A DNA stretch of 64,000 nucleotides from Eledone cirrhosa. Its lineage: Eukaryota. The stretch covers positions 132,184,001-132,248,000 of the forward strand of contig OZ024743.1 of the NCBI GenBank assembly GCA_964016885.1, read 5' to 3'. A program made the translations under genes and the position numbers. Each line of letters starts with the position of its first letter. Positions within the stretch are counted from its first letter, which is position 1. The notes beneath the pieces are model-generated. The model was not told the origin of the DNA and ran no database searches. It saw nothing but the letters and a program-made list of their open reading frames with translations. Shown piece after piece: positions 12,801-26,300 of the stretch.

Positions 12801-15800
12801 GTGCTTGGTGCTTGGTGCTTGGTGTTTGGTGCTGCGTGCTTGGTGTTTGGTGTTTGGTGCTTGGTGCCTGCTGCTTGTTGTTTGGTGTTTGGTGCTAAGT
12901 GCTTGGTGTTTGGTGTTTGGTGCTTGGTGCTTGGTGGCTGGTGTTTGGTGCTTGGTGTTTGGTGTTTGGTGCTTGGTGCTTGGTGCCTGGTGTTTCGTGC
13001 TTGGTGCTTGGTGCTTGGTGTTTGGTGTTTGGTGCTTGGTGGTTGGTGTTTGGTACTTGGTGCTTGGTGTTTGGTGCTTGGTGCTTGGTACTTTGTGTTT
13101 GATGCTGCGTGCTTGGTGTTTGGTGTTTCGTGCTTGGTGCCTGGTGCTTGTTGTTTGGTGTTTGCTGCTTGGTGCTTGGTGTTTGGTGTTTGGTGCTTGG
13201 TGCTTGGTATCTGGTGTTTGGTGCTTGGTGTTTGGTGTTTGGTGCTTGGTGCTTGGTGCTTGGTGTTTGGTGTTTGGTGCTTGGTGCTTGGTGTTTGGTG
13301 CTTGGTGTTTGGTGTTTGGTGTTTGATGCTTGGTGTTTGCTGCTTGGTGCTTGGTGCTTGGTGTTTTGTGTTTGGTGCTGGGTGCTTGGTGCCTGGTGCT
13401 TGGTGCTTGGTGCTTGTTGTTTGGTGCTTGGTGCTTGGTGATTAGTGTTTGGTGCTTGGTGCTTGCGGTTTGGTGTTTCGTGCTTGGAGTTTGGTGTTTG
13501 GTGCTTGGTGCTTGGTGTTTGGTGCTTGGTGGTTGGTGTTTGGTGCTTGGTGCCTGGTGCTTGGTGTTTGCTGCTTGGTGCTTGGTGTTTGGTGCTTATT
13601 GTTTGGTGCTTGGTGCTTGGTGCTTGGTGCTTGGTGTTAGGTGTTTGGTGCTTGGTGCTTGGTGTTTGATGTTTGGTGCTTGGTGTTTGGTGCTTGGTGC
13701 TTGGTTTTGGTGTTTGGTGCTTGCTGCTTGCTGCTTGGTGTTTGGTGCTTGGTGATTGGTGCTTGGTGTTTTGTGCTTGGTGCTTGGTGTTTGGTGTTTG
13801 GTGCTAGGGGCTTGGTGCTTGGTGCTCGGTGATTAGTGTTTGGTGCTTGGTGCTTCAGGTTTGGTGTTTGGTGCTTGTGGCTTGGTGTTTGGTGTTTGAT
13901 GCTGCGTGCTTGGTGTTTGGTGTTTGGTGCTTGGTGCTTGGTGTTTGGTGTTTGGTGCTTGGTGCCTGGTGCTTGTTGTTTGGTTTTTGGTGCTTGGTGC
14001 TTGGTGTTTGGTGTTTGTTGCTTGGTGCTTGGTATCTTGTGTTTGGTGCTTGGTGTTTGGTGTTTGGTGCTTGGTGCTTGGTGCTTGGTGTTTGGTGTTT
14101 GGTGCTTGGTTCTTGGTGTTTGGTGCTTGGTGTTTGGTGTTTGGTGTTTGATGCTTGGTGTTTGTTGCTTGGTGCTTGGTGCTTGGTGTTTTGTGTTTGG
14201 TGCTTGGTGCTTGGTGCCTGGTGCTTGGTGCTTGGTGCTTGGTGTTTGTTGCTTGGTGCTTGGTGCTTGGTGTTTGGTGATTGGTGCTTGGTGCTTGGTG
14301 TTTGGTGCTTGGTGCTTGGTGTTTGGTGCTTGGTGTTTGGTGCTTGGTGCTTGGTGTTTGGTGCTTGGTGTTATGTGCTTGGTGTTTGGTGCTTGGTGCT
14401 TGGTGCTTGGTGTTAGGTGTTTAGAGCTTGGTGCTTGTTGTTTGATGTTTGGTCCTTGGTGCTTGGTGTTTGGTGCTTGGTGCTTGGTGTTTGGTGTTTG
14501 GTGCTTGCTGCTTGCTGCTTGGTGTTTGGTGCTTGGTGATTGGTGCTTGGTGTTTGGTGCTTGGTGCTTGGTGTTTGGTGTTTGGTGCTAGGTGCTTGGT
14601 GCTTGGTGTTTGGTGCTTGGTGCTTGGTGTTAGGTGATTGGTGCTTGGTGTTTGGTGCTTGGTGCTTGGTGCTTGGTGCTTGGTATTAGGCGTTTGGTGC
14701 TTGGTGCTTGGTGTTTGATGTTTGGTCCTTGGTGCTTGGTGTTTAGTATTTGGTGCTTGGTGCTTGGTGTTTGGTGTTTCGTGCTTGGTGCCTGGTGCTT
14801 GTTGTTTCGTGTTTGCTGCTTGGTGCTTGGTGTTTGGTGTTTGGTGCTTGGTGCTTGGTGCTTGGTGTTTGATGTTTGGTCCTTGGTGCTTAGTGTTTGG
14901 TATTTGGTGCTTGGTGCTTGGTGTTTGGTGTTTGGTGCTTGCTGCTTGCTGCTTGGTGTTTGGTGCTTGGTGATTGGTGCTTGGTGTTTTGTGCTTTTTG
15001 CTTGGTGTTTGGTGTTTGGTGCTAGGGTCTTGGTGCTTGGTGCTTGGTGTTTGGTGCTTGGTGCTTGGTGTTTGGTGTTTGGTGCTTGGTGCGTGGGGCT
15101 TGGTGTTTGGTGCTTGGTGTTTGGTGCTTGGTGTTTGGTGCTTGCTGTTTGGTGCTTGGTGCTTGGTGTTTGGTGTTTGGTGTTTGGTGCTTGGTGCTTG
15201 GTGTTTGGTGCTTGGTGCTTGGTGCTTGGTGCTTGGTGCTTGGTGTTTGGTGCTGCGTGCTTGGTGTTTGGTGTTTGGTGCTTGGTGCCTGCTGCTTGTT
15301 GTTTGGTGTTTGGTGCTAAGTGCTTGGTGTTTGGTGTTTGGTGCTTGGTGCTTGGTGGCTGGTGTTTGGTGCTTGGTGTTTGGTGTTTGGTGCTTGGTGC
15401 TTGGTGCCTGGTGTTTCGTGCTTGGTGCTTGGTGCTTGGTGTTTGGTGTTTGGTGCTTGGTGGTTGGTGTTTGGTACTTGGTGCTTGGTGTTTGGTGCTT
15501 GGTGCTTGGTACTTTGTGTTTGATGCTGCGTGCTTGGTGTTTGGTGTTTGGTGCTTGGTGCTTGGTGTTTGGTGTTTCGTGCTTGGTGCCTGGTGCTTGT
15601 TGTTTGGTGTTTGCTGCTTGGTGCTTGGTGTTTGGTGTTTGGTGCTTGGTGCTTGGTATCTGGTGTTTGGTGCTTGGTGTTTGGTGTTTGGTGCTTGGTG
15701 CTTGGTGCTTGGTGTTTGGTGTTTGGTGCTTGGTGCTTGGTGTTTGGTGCTTGGTGTTTGGTGTTTGGTGTTTGATGCTTGGTGTTTGCTGCTTGGTGCT

Positions 15801-18800
15801 TGGTGCTTGGTGTTTTGTGTTTGGTGCTGGGTGCTTGGTGCTTGTTGTTTGGTGCTTGGTGCTTGGTGATTAGTGTTTGGTGCTTGGTGCTTGCGGTTTG
15901 GTGTTTCGTGCTTGGAGTTTGGTGTTTGGTGCTTGGTGCTTGGTGTTTGGTGCTTGGTGGTTGGTGTTTGGTGCTTGGTGCCTGGTGCTTGGTGTTTGCT
16001 GCTTGGTGCTTGGTGTTTGGTGCTTATTGTTTGGTGCTTGGTGCTTGGTGCTTGGTGCTTGGTGTTAGGTGTTTGGTGCTTGGTGCTTGGTGTTTGATGT
16101 TTGGTGCTTGGTGTTTGGTGCTTGGTGCTTGGTTTTGGTGTTTGGTGCTTGCTGCTTGCTGCTTGGTGTTTGGTGCTTGGTGATTGGTGCTTGGTGTTTT
16201 GTGCTTGGTGCTTGGTGTTTGGTGTTTGGTGCTAGGGGCTTGGTGCTTGGTGCTCGGTGATTAGTGTTTGGTGCTTGGTGCTTCAGGTTTGGTGTTTGGT
16301 GCTTGTGGCTTGGTGTTTGGTGTTTGATGCTGCGTGCTTGGTGTTTGGTGTTTGGTGCTTGGTGCTTGGTGTTTGGTGTTTGGTGCTTGGTGCCTGGTGC
16401 TTGTTGTTTGGTGTTTGGTGCTTGGTGCTTGGTGTTTGGTGTTTGTTGCTTGGTGCTTGGTATCTTGTGTTTGGTGCTTGGTGTTTGGTGTTTGGTGCTT
16501 GGTGCTTGGTGCTTGGTGTTTGGTGTTTGGTGCTTGGTTCTTGGTGTTTGGTGCTTGGTGTTTGGTGTTTGGTGTTTGATGCTTGGTGTTTGTTGCTTGG
16601 TGCTTGGTGCTTGGTGTTTTGTGTTTGGTGCTTGGTGCTTGGTGCCTGGTGCTTGGTGCTTGGTGCTTGGTGTTTGGTGCTTGGTGCTTGGTGCTTGGTG
16701 TTTGGTGATTGGTGCTTGGTGCTTGGTGTTTGGTGCTTGGTGCTTGGTGTTTGGTGCTTGGTGTTTGGTGCTTGGTGCTTGGTGTTTGGTGCTTGGTGTT
16801 ATGTGCTTGTTGTTTGGTGCTTGGTGCTTGGTGCTTGGTGTTAGGTGTTTAGAGCTTGGTGCTTGTTGTTTGATGTTTGGTCCTTGGTGCTTGGTGTTTG
16901 GTGCTTGGTGCTTGGTGTTTGGTGTTTGGTGCTTGCTGCTTGCTGCTTGGTGTTTGGTGCTTGGTGATTGGTGCTTGGTGTTTGGTGCTTGGTGCTTGGT
17001 GTTTGGTGTTTGGTGCTAGGTGCTTGGTGCTTGGTGTTTCGTGCTTGGTGCTTGGTGTTAGGTGATTGGTGCTTGGTGTTTGGTGCTTGGTGCTTGGTGC
17101 TTGGTGCTTGGTATTAGGCGTTTGGTGCTTGGTGCTTGGTGTTTGATGTTTGGTCCTTGGTGCTTGGTGTTTAGTATTTGGTGCTTGGTGCTTGGTGTTT
17201 GGTGTTTGGTGCTTGCTGCTTGCTGCTTGGTGTTTGGTGCTTGGTGATTGGTGCTTGGTGTTTTGTGCTTTTTGCTTGGTGTTTGGTGTTTGGTGCTAGG
17301 GTCTTGGTGCTTGGTGCTTGGTGTTTGGTGCTTGGTGCTTGGTGTTTGGTGTTTGGTGCTTGGTGCGTGGAGCTTGGTGTTTGGTGCTTGGTGTTTGGTG
17401 CTTGGTGTTTGGTGCTTGCTGTTTGGTGCTTGGTGCTTGGTGTTTGGTGTTTGGTGTTTGGTGCTTGGTGCTTGGTGTTTGGTGCTTGGTGCTTGGTGCT
17501 TGGGGCTTGGTGTTTGGTGCTTAGTGCTTGGTGCTTGGTGTTTGGTGCTTGGTGCTTGGTGTTTGGTGTTTGGTGCTAGGTGCTTGGTGCTTGGTGTTTG
17601 GTGTTTGGTGCTTGGTGACTGGTGCTTGGTGCTTAGTGCTTGGTGCTTATTGTTTGGTGCTTGGTACTTGGTGCTTGGTGCTTGGTCTTTGGTGCTTGGT
17701 GTTTGGTGTTTGGTGCTTGGTGCTTGGTGTTTGGTGCTTGGTGCTTGGTGCTTGGTGTTTGGTGCTTGGTGCTTGGTGCTTGGTGATTAGTGTTTGGTGC
17801 CTGGTGCTTGGTGCCTGGTGCTTGGTGCTTGGTGCTTGTTGTTTGGTGCTTGGTGCTTGGTGATTAGTGTTTGGTGCTTGGTGCTTGAGGTTTGGTGTTT
17901 GGTGCTTGGGGTTTGGTGTTTGGTGCTGGGTGCTTTGTGTTTGGTGCTTGGTATTTGGTGCTTGGTGCTTGGTGTTTGGTGCTTGGTGCCTGGTGCGTGG
18001 TGTTTGGTGCTTGGTGCTTGGTGTTAGGTGATTGGTGCTTGGTGCTTGGTGCTTGGTGCTTGGTGTTAGGCGTTTGGTGCTTGGTGCTTGGTGTTTGATG
18101 TTTGGTCCTTGGTGCTTAGTGTTTGGTATTTGGTGCTTGGTGCTTGGTGTTTGGTGTTTGGTGCTTGCTGCTTGCTGCTTGGTGTTTGGTGCTTGGTGAT
18201 TGGTGCTTGGTGTTTTGTGCTTTTTGATTGGTGTTTGGTGTTTGGTGCTAGGGTCTTGGTGCTTGGTGCTTGGTATTTGGTGCTTGGTGCTTGGTGTTTG
18301 GTGTTTGGTGCTTGGTGCGTGGGGCTTGGTGTTTGGTGCTTGGTGTTTGGTGCTTGGTGTTTGGTGCTTGCTGTTTGGTGCTTGGTGCTTGGTGTTTGGT
18401 GTTTGGTGTTTGGTGCTTGGTGCTTGGTGTTTGGTGCTTGGTGCTTGGTGCTTGGTGCTTGGTGCTTGGTGTTTGGTGCTTGGTGCTTGGTGATTAGCGT
18501 TTGGTGATTGGTGCTTGGGGTTTGGTGTTTCGTACTTGGTGTTTGGTGCTTGGTGCTTGCTGTTTGGTGTTTGGTGTTTGGTTCTTGGTGCTTGGTGTTT
18601 GGTGTTTGGTGTTTGGTGCTTGGTGCTTGGTGCTTGGTGTTTGGTGCTTGGTGCTTGGTGCTTGGTGTTTGGTGCTGCGTGCTTGGTGTTTGGTGTTTGG
18701 TGCTTGGTGCCTGCTGCTTGTTGTTTGGTGTTTGGTGCTAAGTGCTTGGTGTTTGGTGTTTGGTGCTTGGTGCTTGGTGGCTGGTGTTTGGTGCTTGGTG

Positions 18801-20590
18801 TTTGGTGTTTGGTGCTTGGTGCTTGGTGCCTGGTGTTTCGTGCTTGGTGCTTGGTGCTTGGTGTTTGGTGTTTGGTGCTTGGTGGTTGGTGTTTGGTACT
18901 TGGTGCTTGGTGTTTGGTGCTTGGTGCTTGGTACTTTGTGTTTGATGCTGCGTGCTTGGTGTTTGGTGTTTGGTGCTTGGTGCTTGGTGTTTGGTGTTTC
19001 GTGCTTGGTGCCTGGTGCTTGTTGTTTGGTGTTTGCTGCTTGGTGCTTGGTGTTTGGTGTTTGGTGCTTGGTGCTTGGTATCTGGTGTTTGGTGCTTGGT
19101 GTTTGGTGTTTGGTGCTTGGTGCTTGGTGCTTGGTGTTTGGTGTTTGGTGCTTGGTGCTTGGTGTTTGGTGCTTGGTGTTTGGTGTTTGGTGTTTGATGC
19201 TTGGTGTTTGCTGCTTGGTGCTTGGTGCTTGGTGTTTTGTGTTTGGTGCTGGGTGCTTGGTGCCTGGTGCTTGGTGCTTGGTGCTTGTTGTTTGGTGCTT
19301 GGTGCTTGGTGATTAGTGTTTGGTGCTTGGTGCTTGCGGTTTGGTGTTTCGTGCTTGGAGTTTGGTGTTTGGTGCTTGGTGCTTGGTGTTTGGTGCTTGG
19401 TGGTTGGTGTTTGGTGCTTGGTGCCTGGTGCTTGGTGTTTGCTGCTTGGTGCTTGGTGTTTGGTGCTTATTGTTTGGTGCTTGGTGCTTGGTGCTTGGTG
19501 CTTGGTGTTAGGTGTTTGGTGCTTGGTGCTTGGTGTTTGATGTTTGGTGCTTGGTGTTTGGTGCTTGGTGCTTGGTTTTGGTGTTTGGTGCTTGCTGCTT
19601 GCTGCTTGGTGTTTGGTGCTTGGTGATTGGTGCTTGGTGTTTTGTGCTTGGTGCTTGGTGTTTGGTGTTTGGTGCTAGGGGCTTGGTGCTTGGTGCTCGG
19701 TGATTAGTGTTTGGTGCTTGGTGCTTCAGGTTTGGTGTTTGGTGCTTGTGGCTTGGTGTTTGGTGTTTGATGCTGCGTGCTTGGTGTTTGGTGTTTGGTG
19801 CTTGGTGCTTGGTGTTTGGTGTTTGGTGCTTGGTGCCTGGTGCTTGTTGTTTGGTGTTTGGTGCTTGGTGCTTGGTGTTTGGTGTTTGTTGCTTGGTGCT
19901 TGGTATCTTGTGTTTGGTGCTTGGTGTTTGGTGTTTGGTGCTTGGTGCTTGGTGCTTGGTGTTTGGTGTTTGGTGCTTGGTTCTTGGTGTTTGGTGCTTG
20001 GTGTTTGGTGTTTGGTGTTTGATGCTTGGTGTTTGTTGCTTGGTGCTTGGTGCTTGGTGTTTTGTGTTTGGTGCTTGGTGCTTGGTGCCTGGTGCTTGGT
20101 GCTTGGTGCTTGGTGTTTGGTGCTTGGTGCTTGGTGCTTGGTGTTTGGTGATTGGTGCTTGGTGCTTGGTGTTTGGTGCTTGGTGCTTGGTGTTTGGTGC
20201 TTGGTGTTTGGTGCTTGGTGCTTGGTGTTTGGTGCTTGGTGTTATGTGCTTGGTGTTTGGTGCTTGGTGCTTGGTGCTTGGTGTTAGGTTTTTAGAGCTT
20301 GGTGCTTGGTGTTTGATGTTTGGTCCTTGGTGCTTGGTGTTTGGTGCTTGGTGCTTGGTGTTTGGTGTTTGGTGCTTGCTGCTTGCTGCTTGGTGTTTGG
20401 TGCTTGGTGATTGGTGCTTGGTGTTTGGTGCATCGTGCTTGGTGTTTGGTGTTTGGTGCTAGGTGCTTGGTGCTTGGTGTTTGGTGCTTGGTGCTTGGTG
20501 TTAGGTGATTGGTGCTTGGTGTTTGGTGCTTGGTGCTTGGTGCTTGGTGCTTGGTATTAGGCGTTTGGTGCTTGGTGCTTGGTGTTTAGT
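9860..20590 (+). repeat. Higher-order repeat domain with alternating ~3.42-3.44 kb and ~2.43 kb subunits (super-period ~5.85 kb)
   Basis: Marker CTTCAGG occurs at ~10431, 13853, 16281 and 19724 (spacings 3422, 2428, 3443). ORF offsets are 5843-5871 (11335/17178, 12245/18088, 10407/16257, 13330/19201). Boundaries are approximate. Confidence 0.85.
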
Positions 20591-23320
20591 ATTTGGTGCT
20601 TGGTGCTTGGTGTTTGGTGTTTGGTGCTTGCTGCTTGCTGCTTGGTGTTTGGTGCTTGGTGATTGGTGCTTGGTGTTTTGTGCTTTTTGCTTGGTGTTTG
20701 GTGTTTGGTGCTAGGGTCTTGGTGCTTGGTGCTTGGTGTTTGGTGCTTGGTGCTTGGTGTTTGGTGTTTGGTGCTTGGTGCGTGGGGCTTGGTGTTTGGT
20801 GCTTGGTGTTTGGTGCATGGTGTTTGGTGCTTGATGTTTGGTGCTTGGTGCTTGGTGTTTGGTGTTTGGTGTTTGGTGCTTGGTGCTTGGTGTTTGGTGC
20901 TTGGTGCTTGGTGCTTGGTGCTTGGTGCTTGGTCTTTGGTGCTTGGTGCTTGGTGATTAGTGTTTGGTGATTGGTGCTTGGGGTTTGGTGTTTGGTACTT
21001 GGTGTTTGGTGCTTGGTGCTTGCTGTTTGGTGTTTCGTGTTTGGTTCTTGGTGCTTGGTGTTTGGTGTTTGGTGTTTGGTGCTTGGTGCTTGGTGCTTGG
21101 TGTTTGGTGCTTGGTGCTTGGTGCTTGGTGTTTGGTGCCGCGTGCTTGGTGTTTGGTGTTTGGTGCTTGGTGCCTGCTGCTTGTTGTTTGGTGTTTGGTG
21201 CTAAGTGCTTGGTGTTTGGTGTTTGGTGCTTGGTGCTTGGTGGCTGGTGTTTGGTGCTTGGTGTTTGGTGTTTGGTGCTTGGTGCTTGGTGCCTGGTTTT
21301 TCGTGCTTGGTGCTTGGTGCTTGGTGTTTGGTGTTTGGTGCTTGGTGGTTGGTGTTTGGTACTTGGCGCTTGGTGCTTGGTGCTTGGTGTTTGGTGCTTG
21401 GTGCTTGGTGCTTTGTGTTTGATGCTGCGTGCTTGGTGTTTGGTGTTTGGTGCTTGGTGCTTGGTGTTTGGTGTTTCGTGCTTGGTGCCTGGTGCTTGTT
21501 GTTTGGTGTTTGCTGCTTGGTGCTTGGTGTTTGGTGTTTGGTGCTTGGTGCTTGGTGTTTGGTGTTTGGTGCTTGGTGCCTGGTGCTTGTTGTTTGGTGT
21601 TTGGTGCTTGGTGCTTGGTGTTTGGTGTTTGTTGCTTGGTGCTTGGTATCTTGTGTTTGGTGCTTGGTGTTTGGTGTTTGGTGCTTGGTGCTTGGTGCTT
21701 GGTGTTTGGTGTTTGGTGCTTGGTTCTTGGTGTTTGGTGCTTGGTGTTTGGTGTTTGGTGTTTGATGCTTGGTGTTTGTTGCTTGGTGCTTGGTGCTTGG
21801 TGTTTTGTGTTTGGTGCTTGGTGCTTGGTGCCTGGTGCTTGGTGCTTGGTGCTTGGTGTTTGGTGCTTGGTGCTTGGTGCTTGGTGTTTGGTGATTGGTG
21901 CTTGGTGCTTGGTGTTTGGTGCTTGGTGCTTGGTGTTTGGTGCTTGGTGTTTGGTGCTTGGTGCTTGGTGTTTGGTGCTTGGTGTTATGTGCTTGGTGTT
22001 TGGTGCTTGGTGCTTGGTGCTTGGTGTTAGGTTTTTAGAGCTTGGTGCTTGGTGTTTGATGTTTGGTCCTTGGTGCTTGGTGTTTGGTGCTTGGTGCTTG
22101 GTGTTTGGTGTTTGGTGCTTGCTGCTTGCTGCTTGGTGTTTGGTGCTTGGTGATTGGTGCTTGGTGTTTGGTGCTTGGTGCTTGGTGTTTGGTGTTTGGT
22201 GCTAGGTGCTTGGTGCTTGGTGTTTGGTGCTTGGTGCTTGGTGTTAGGTGATTGGTGCTTGGTGTTTGGTGCTTGGTGCTTGGTGCTTGGTGCTTGTTAT
22301 TAGGCGTTTGGTGCTTGGTGCTTGGTGTTTGATGTTTGGTCCTTGGTGCTTGGTGTTTAGTATTTGGTGCTTGGTGCTTGGTGTTTGGTGTTTGGTGCTT
22401 GCTGCTTGCTGCTTGGTGTTTGGTGCTTGGTGATTGATGCTTGGTGTTTTGTGCTTTTTGCTTGGTGTTTGGTGTTTGGTGCTAGGGTCTTGGTGCTTGG
22501 TGCTTTGTGTTTGGTGCTTGGTGCTTGGTGTTTGGTGTTTGGTGCTTGGTGCGTGGGGCTTGGTGTTTGGTGCTTGGTGTTTGGTGCATGGTGTTTGGTG
22601 CTTGATGTTTGGTGCTTGGTGCTTGGTGTTTGGTGTTTGGTGTTTGGTGCTTGGTGCTTGGTGTTTGGTGCTTGGTGCTTGGTGCTTGGTGCTTGGTGCT
22701 TGGTCTTTGGTGCTTGGTGCTTGGTGATTAGTGTTTGGTGATTGGTGCTTGGGGTTTGGTGTTTGGTACTTGGTGTTTGGTGCTTAGTGCTTGCTGTTTG
22801 GTGTTTCGTGTTTGGTTCTTGGTGCTTGGTGTTTGGTGTTTGGTGTTTGGTGCTTGGTGCTTGGTGCTTGGTGTTTGGTGCTTGGTGCTTGGTGCTTGGT
22901 GTTTGGTGCCGCGTGCTTGGTGTTTGGTGTTTGGTGCTTGGTGCCTGCTGCTTGTTGTTTGGTGTTTGGTGCTAAGTGCTTGGTGTTTGGTGTTTGGTGC
23001 TTGGTGCTTGGTGGCTGGTGTTTGGTGCTTGGTGTTTGGTGTTTGGTGCTTGGTGCTTGGTGCCTGGTTTTTCGTGCTTGGTGCTTGGTGCTTGGTGTTT
23101 GGTGTTTGGTGCTTGGTGGTTGGTGTTTGGTACTTGGCGCTTGGTGCTTGGTGCTTGGTGTTTGGTGCTTGGTGCTTGGTGCTTTGTGTTTGATGCTGCG
23201 TGCTTGGTGTTTGGTGTTTGGTGCTTGGTGCTTGGTGTTTGGTGTTTCGTGCTTGGTGCCTGGTGCTTGTTGTTTGGTGTTTGCTGCTTGGTGCTTGGTG
23301 TTTGGTGTTTGGTGCTTGGT
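20590..23320 (+). repeat. Tandem duplication with 1771-bp (253-unit) period
   Basis: ORF offsets of 1771 (20593/22364, 20964/22735, 21205/22976, 21429/23200). Private markers GTGCCGCGTG (~21135/22906) and ACTTGGCGC (~21361/23132) are shared only by these two copies. Confidence 0.85.
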
Positions 23321-26300
23321 GCTTGGTGCTTGGTGCTTGGTGTTTGGTGCTTGGCGCTTGGTGCTTGGTGATTAGTGTTTGGTGCCTGGTGCTTGGTGCC
23401 TGGTGCTTGGTGATTGGTGCTTGTTGTTTGGTGCTTGGTGCTTTGTGATTAGTGTTTGGTGCTTGGTGCTTGAGGTTTGGTGTTTGGTGTTTGGGGTTTG
23501 GTGTTTGGTGCTGGGTGCTTTGTGTTTGGTGCTTGGTATTTGGTGCTTGGTGCTTGGTGTTTGGTGCTTGGTGCCTGGTGCTTGGTGTTTGGTGCTTGGT
23601 GCTTGGTGTTAGGTGATTGGTGCTTGGTGCTTGGTGCTTGGTGCTTGGTGTTAGGCGTTTGGTGCTTGGTGCTTGGTGTTTGATGTTTGGTCCTTGGTGC
23701 TTGGTGTTTGGTATTTGGTGCTTGGTGCTTGGTGTTTGGTGTTTGGTGCTTGCTGCTTGCTGCTTGGTGTTTGGTGCTTGGTGATTGGTGCTTGGTGTTT
23801 TGTGCTTTTTGCTTGGTGTTTGGTGTTTGGTGCTAGGGGCTTGGTGCTTGGTGCTTGGTGTTTGGTGCTTGGTGCTTGGTGTTTGGTGTTTGGTGCTTGG
23901 TGAGTGGGGCTTGGTGTTTGGTGCTTGGTGTTTGGTGCTTGGTGTTTGGTGCTTGCTGTTTGGTGCTTGGTGTTTGGTGTTTGGTGTTTGGTGTTTGGTG
24001 CTTGGTGCTTGGTGTTTAGTGCTTGGTGCTTGGTGCTTGGTGCTTGGTGCTTGGTGCTTGGTGCTTGGTGATTAGCGTTTGGTGATTGGTGCTTGGGGTT
24101 TGGTGTTTGGTACTTGGTGTTTGGTGCTTGGTGCTTGCTGTTTGGTGTTTGGTGTTTGGTTCTTGGTGCTTGGTGTTTGGTGTTTGGTGTTTGGTGCTTG
24201 GTGCTTGGTGCTTGGTGTTTGGTGCTTGGTGCTTGGTGCTTGGTGTTTGGTGCTGCGTGCTTGGTGTTTGGTGTTTGGTGCTTGGTGCCTGCTGCTTGTT
24301 GTTTGGTGTTTGGTGCTAAGTGCTTGGTGTTTGGTGTTTGGTGCTTGGTGCTTGGTGGCTGGTGTTTGGTGCTTGGTGTTTGGTGTTTGGTGCTTGGTGC
24401 TTGGTGCCTGGTGTTTCGTGCTTGGTGCTTGGTGCTTGGTGTTTGGTGTTTGGTGCTTGGTGGTTGGTGTTTGGTACTTGGTGCTTGGTGCTTGGTGTTT
24501 GGTGCTTGGTGCTTGGTGCTTTGTGTTTGATGCTGCGTGCTTGGTGTTTGGTGTTTGGTGCTTGGTGCTTGGTGTTTGGTGTTTCGTGCTTGGTGCCTGG
24601 TGCTTGTTGTTTGGTGTTTGCTGCTTGGTGCTTGGTGTTTGGTGTTTGGTGCTTGGTGCTTGGTATCTGGTATTTGGTGCTTGGTGTTTGGTGTTTGGTG
24701 CTTGGTGCTTGGTGCTTGGTGTTTGGTGTTTGGTGCTTGGTGCTTGGTGTTTGGTGCTTGGTGTTTGGTGTTTGGTGTTTGATGCTTGGTGTTTGCTGCT
24801 TGGTGCTTGGTGCTTGGTGTTTTGTGTTTGGTGCTGGGTGCTTGGTGCCTGGTGCTTGGTGCTTGGTGCTTGTTGTTTGGTGCTTGGTGCTTGGTGATTA
24901 GTGTTTGGTGCTTGGTGCTTGGTGTTTGGTGCTTGGTGCTTGGTGTTTGGTGCTTGGCGCCTGGTGCTTGGTGTTTGCTGCTTGGTGCTTGGTGTTTGGT
25001 GCTTATTGTTTGGTGCTTGGTGCTTGGTGCTTGGTGCTTGGTGTTAGGTGTTTGGTGCTTGGTGCTTGGTGTTTGATGTTTGGTGCTTGGTGTTTGGTGC
25101 TTGGTGCTTGGTTTTGGTGTTTGGTGCTTGCTGCTTGCTGCTTGGTGTTTGGTGCTTGGTGATTGGTGCTTGGTGTTTTGTGCTTGGTGCTTGGTGTTTG
25201 GTGTTTGGTGCTAGGGGCTTGATGCTTGGTGCTCGGTGATTAGTGTTTGGTGCTTGGTGCTTGGGGTTTGGTGTTTGGTGCTTGGTGCTTGGTGTTTGGT
25301 GTTTGGTGCTTGGTGCCTGGTGCTTGTTGTTTGGTGTTTGGTGCTTGGTGCTTGGTGTTTGGTGTTTGTTGCTTGGTGCTTGGTATCTTGTGTTTGGTGC
25401 TTGGTGTTTGGTGTTTGGTGCTTGGTGCTTGGTGCTTGGTGTTTGGTGTTTGGTGCTTGGTGCTTGGTGTTTGGTGCTTGGTGTTTGGTGTTTGGTGTTT
25501 GATGCTTGGTGTTTGTTGCTTGGTGCTTGGTGCTTGGTGTTTTGTGTTTGGTGCTTGGTGCTTGGTGCCTGGTGCTTGGTGCTTGGTGCTTGGTGCTTGG
25601 TGTTTGGTGCTTGGTGTTATGTGCTTGGTGTTTGGTGCTTGGTGCTTGGTGCTTGGTGTTAGGTGTTTGGAGCTTGGTGCTTGGTGCGTGGGGCTTGGTG
25701 TTTGGTGCTTGGTGTTTGGTGCTTGGTGTTTGGTGCTTGCTGTTTGGTGCTTGGTGCTTGGTGCTTGGTGTTTGGTGATTGGTGCTTGGTGCTTGGTGTT
25801 TGGTGCTTGGTGCTTGGTGTTTGGTGCTTGGTGTTTGGTGCTTGGTGCTTGGTGTTTGGTGCTTGGTGTTATGTGCTTGGTGTTTGGTGCTTGGTGCTTG
25901 GTGCTTGGTGTTAGGTGTTTGGAGCTTGGTGCTTGTTGTTTGATGTTTGGTCCTTGGTGCTTGGTGTTTGGTGCTTGGTGCTTGGTGTTTGGTGTTTGGT
26001 GCTTGCTGCTAGCTGCTTGGTGTTTGGTGCTTGGTGATTGGTGCTTGGTGTTTGGTGCTTGGTGCTTGGTGTTTGGTGTTTGGTGCTAGGTGCTTGGTGC
26101 TTGGTGCTTGGTGTTTGGTGCTTGGTGCTTGGTGTTTGGTGTTTGGTGCTTGGTGCGTGGGGCTTGGTGTTTGGTGCTTGGTGTTTGGTGCTTGGTGTTT
26201 GGTGCTTGCTGTTTGGTGCTTGGTGCTTGGTGTTTGGTGTTTGGTGTTTGGTGCTTGGTGCTTGGTGTTTGGTGCTTGGTGCTTGGTGCTTGGTGCTTGG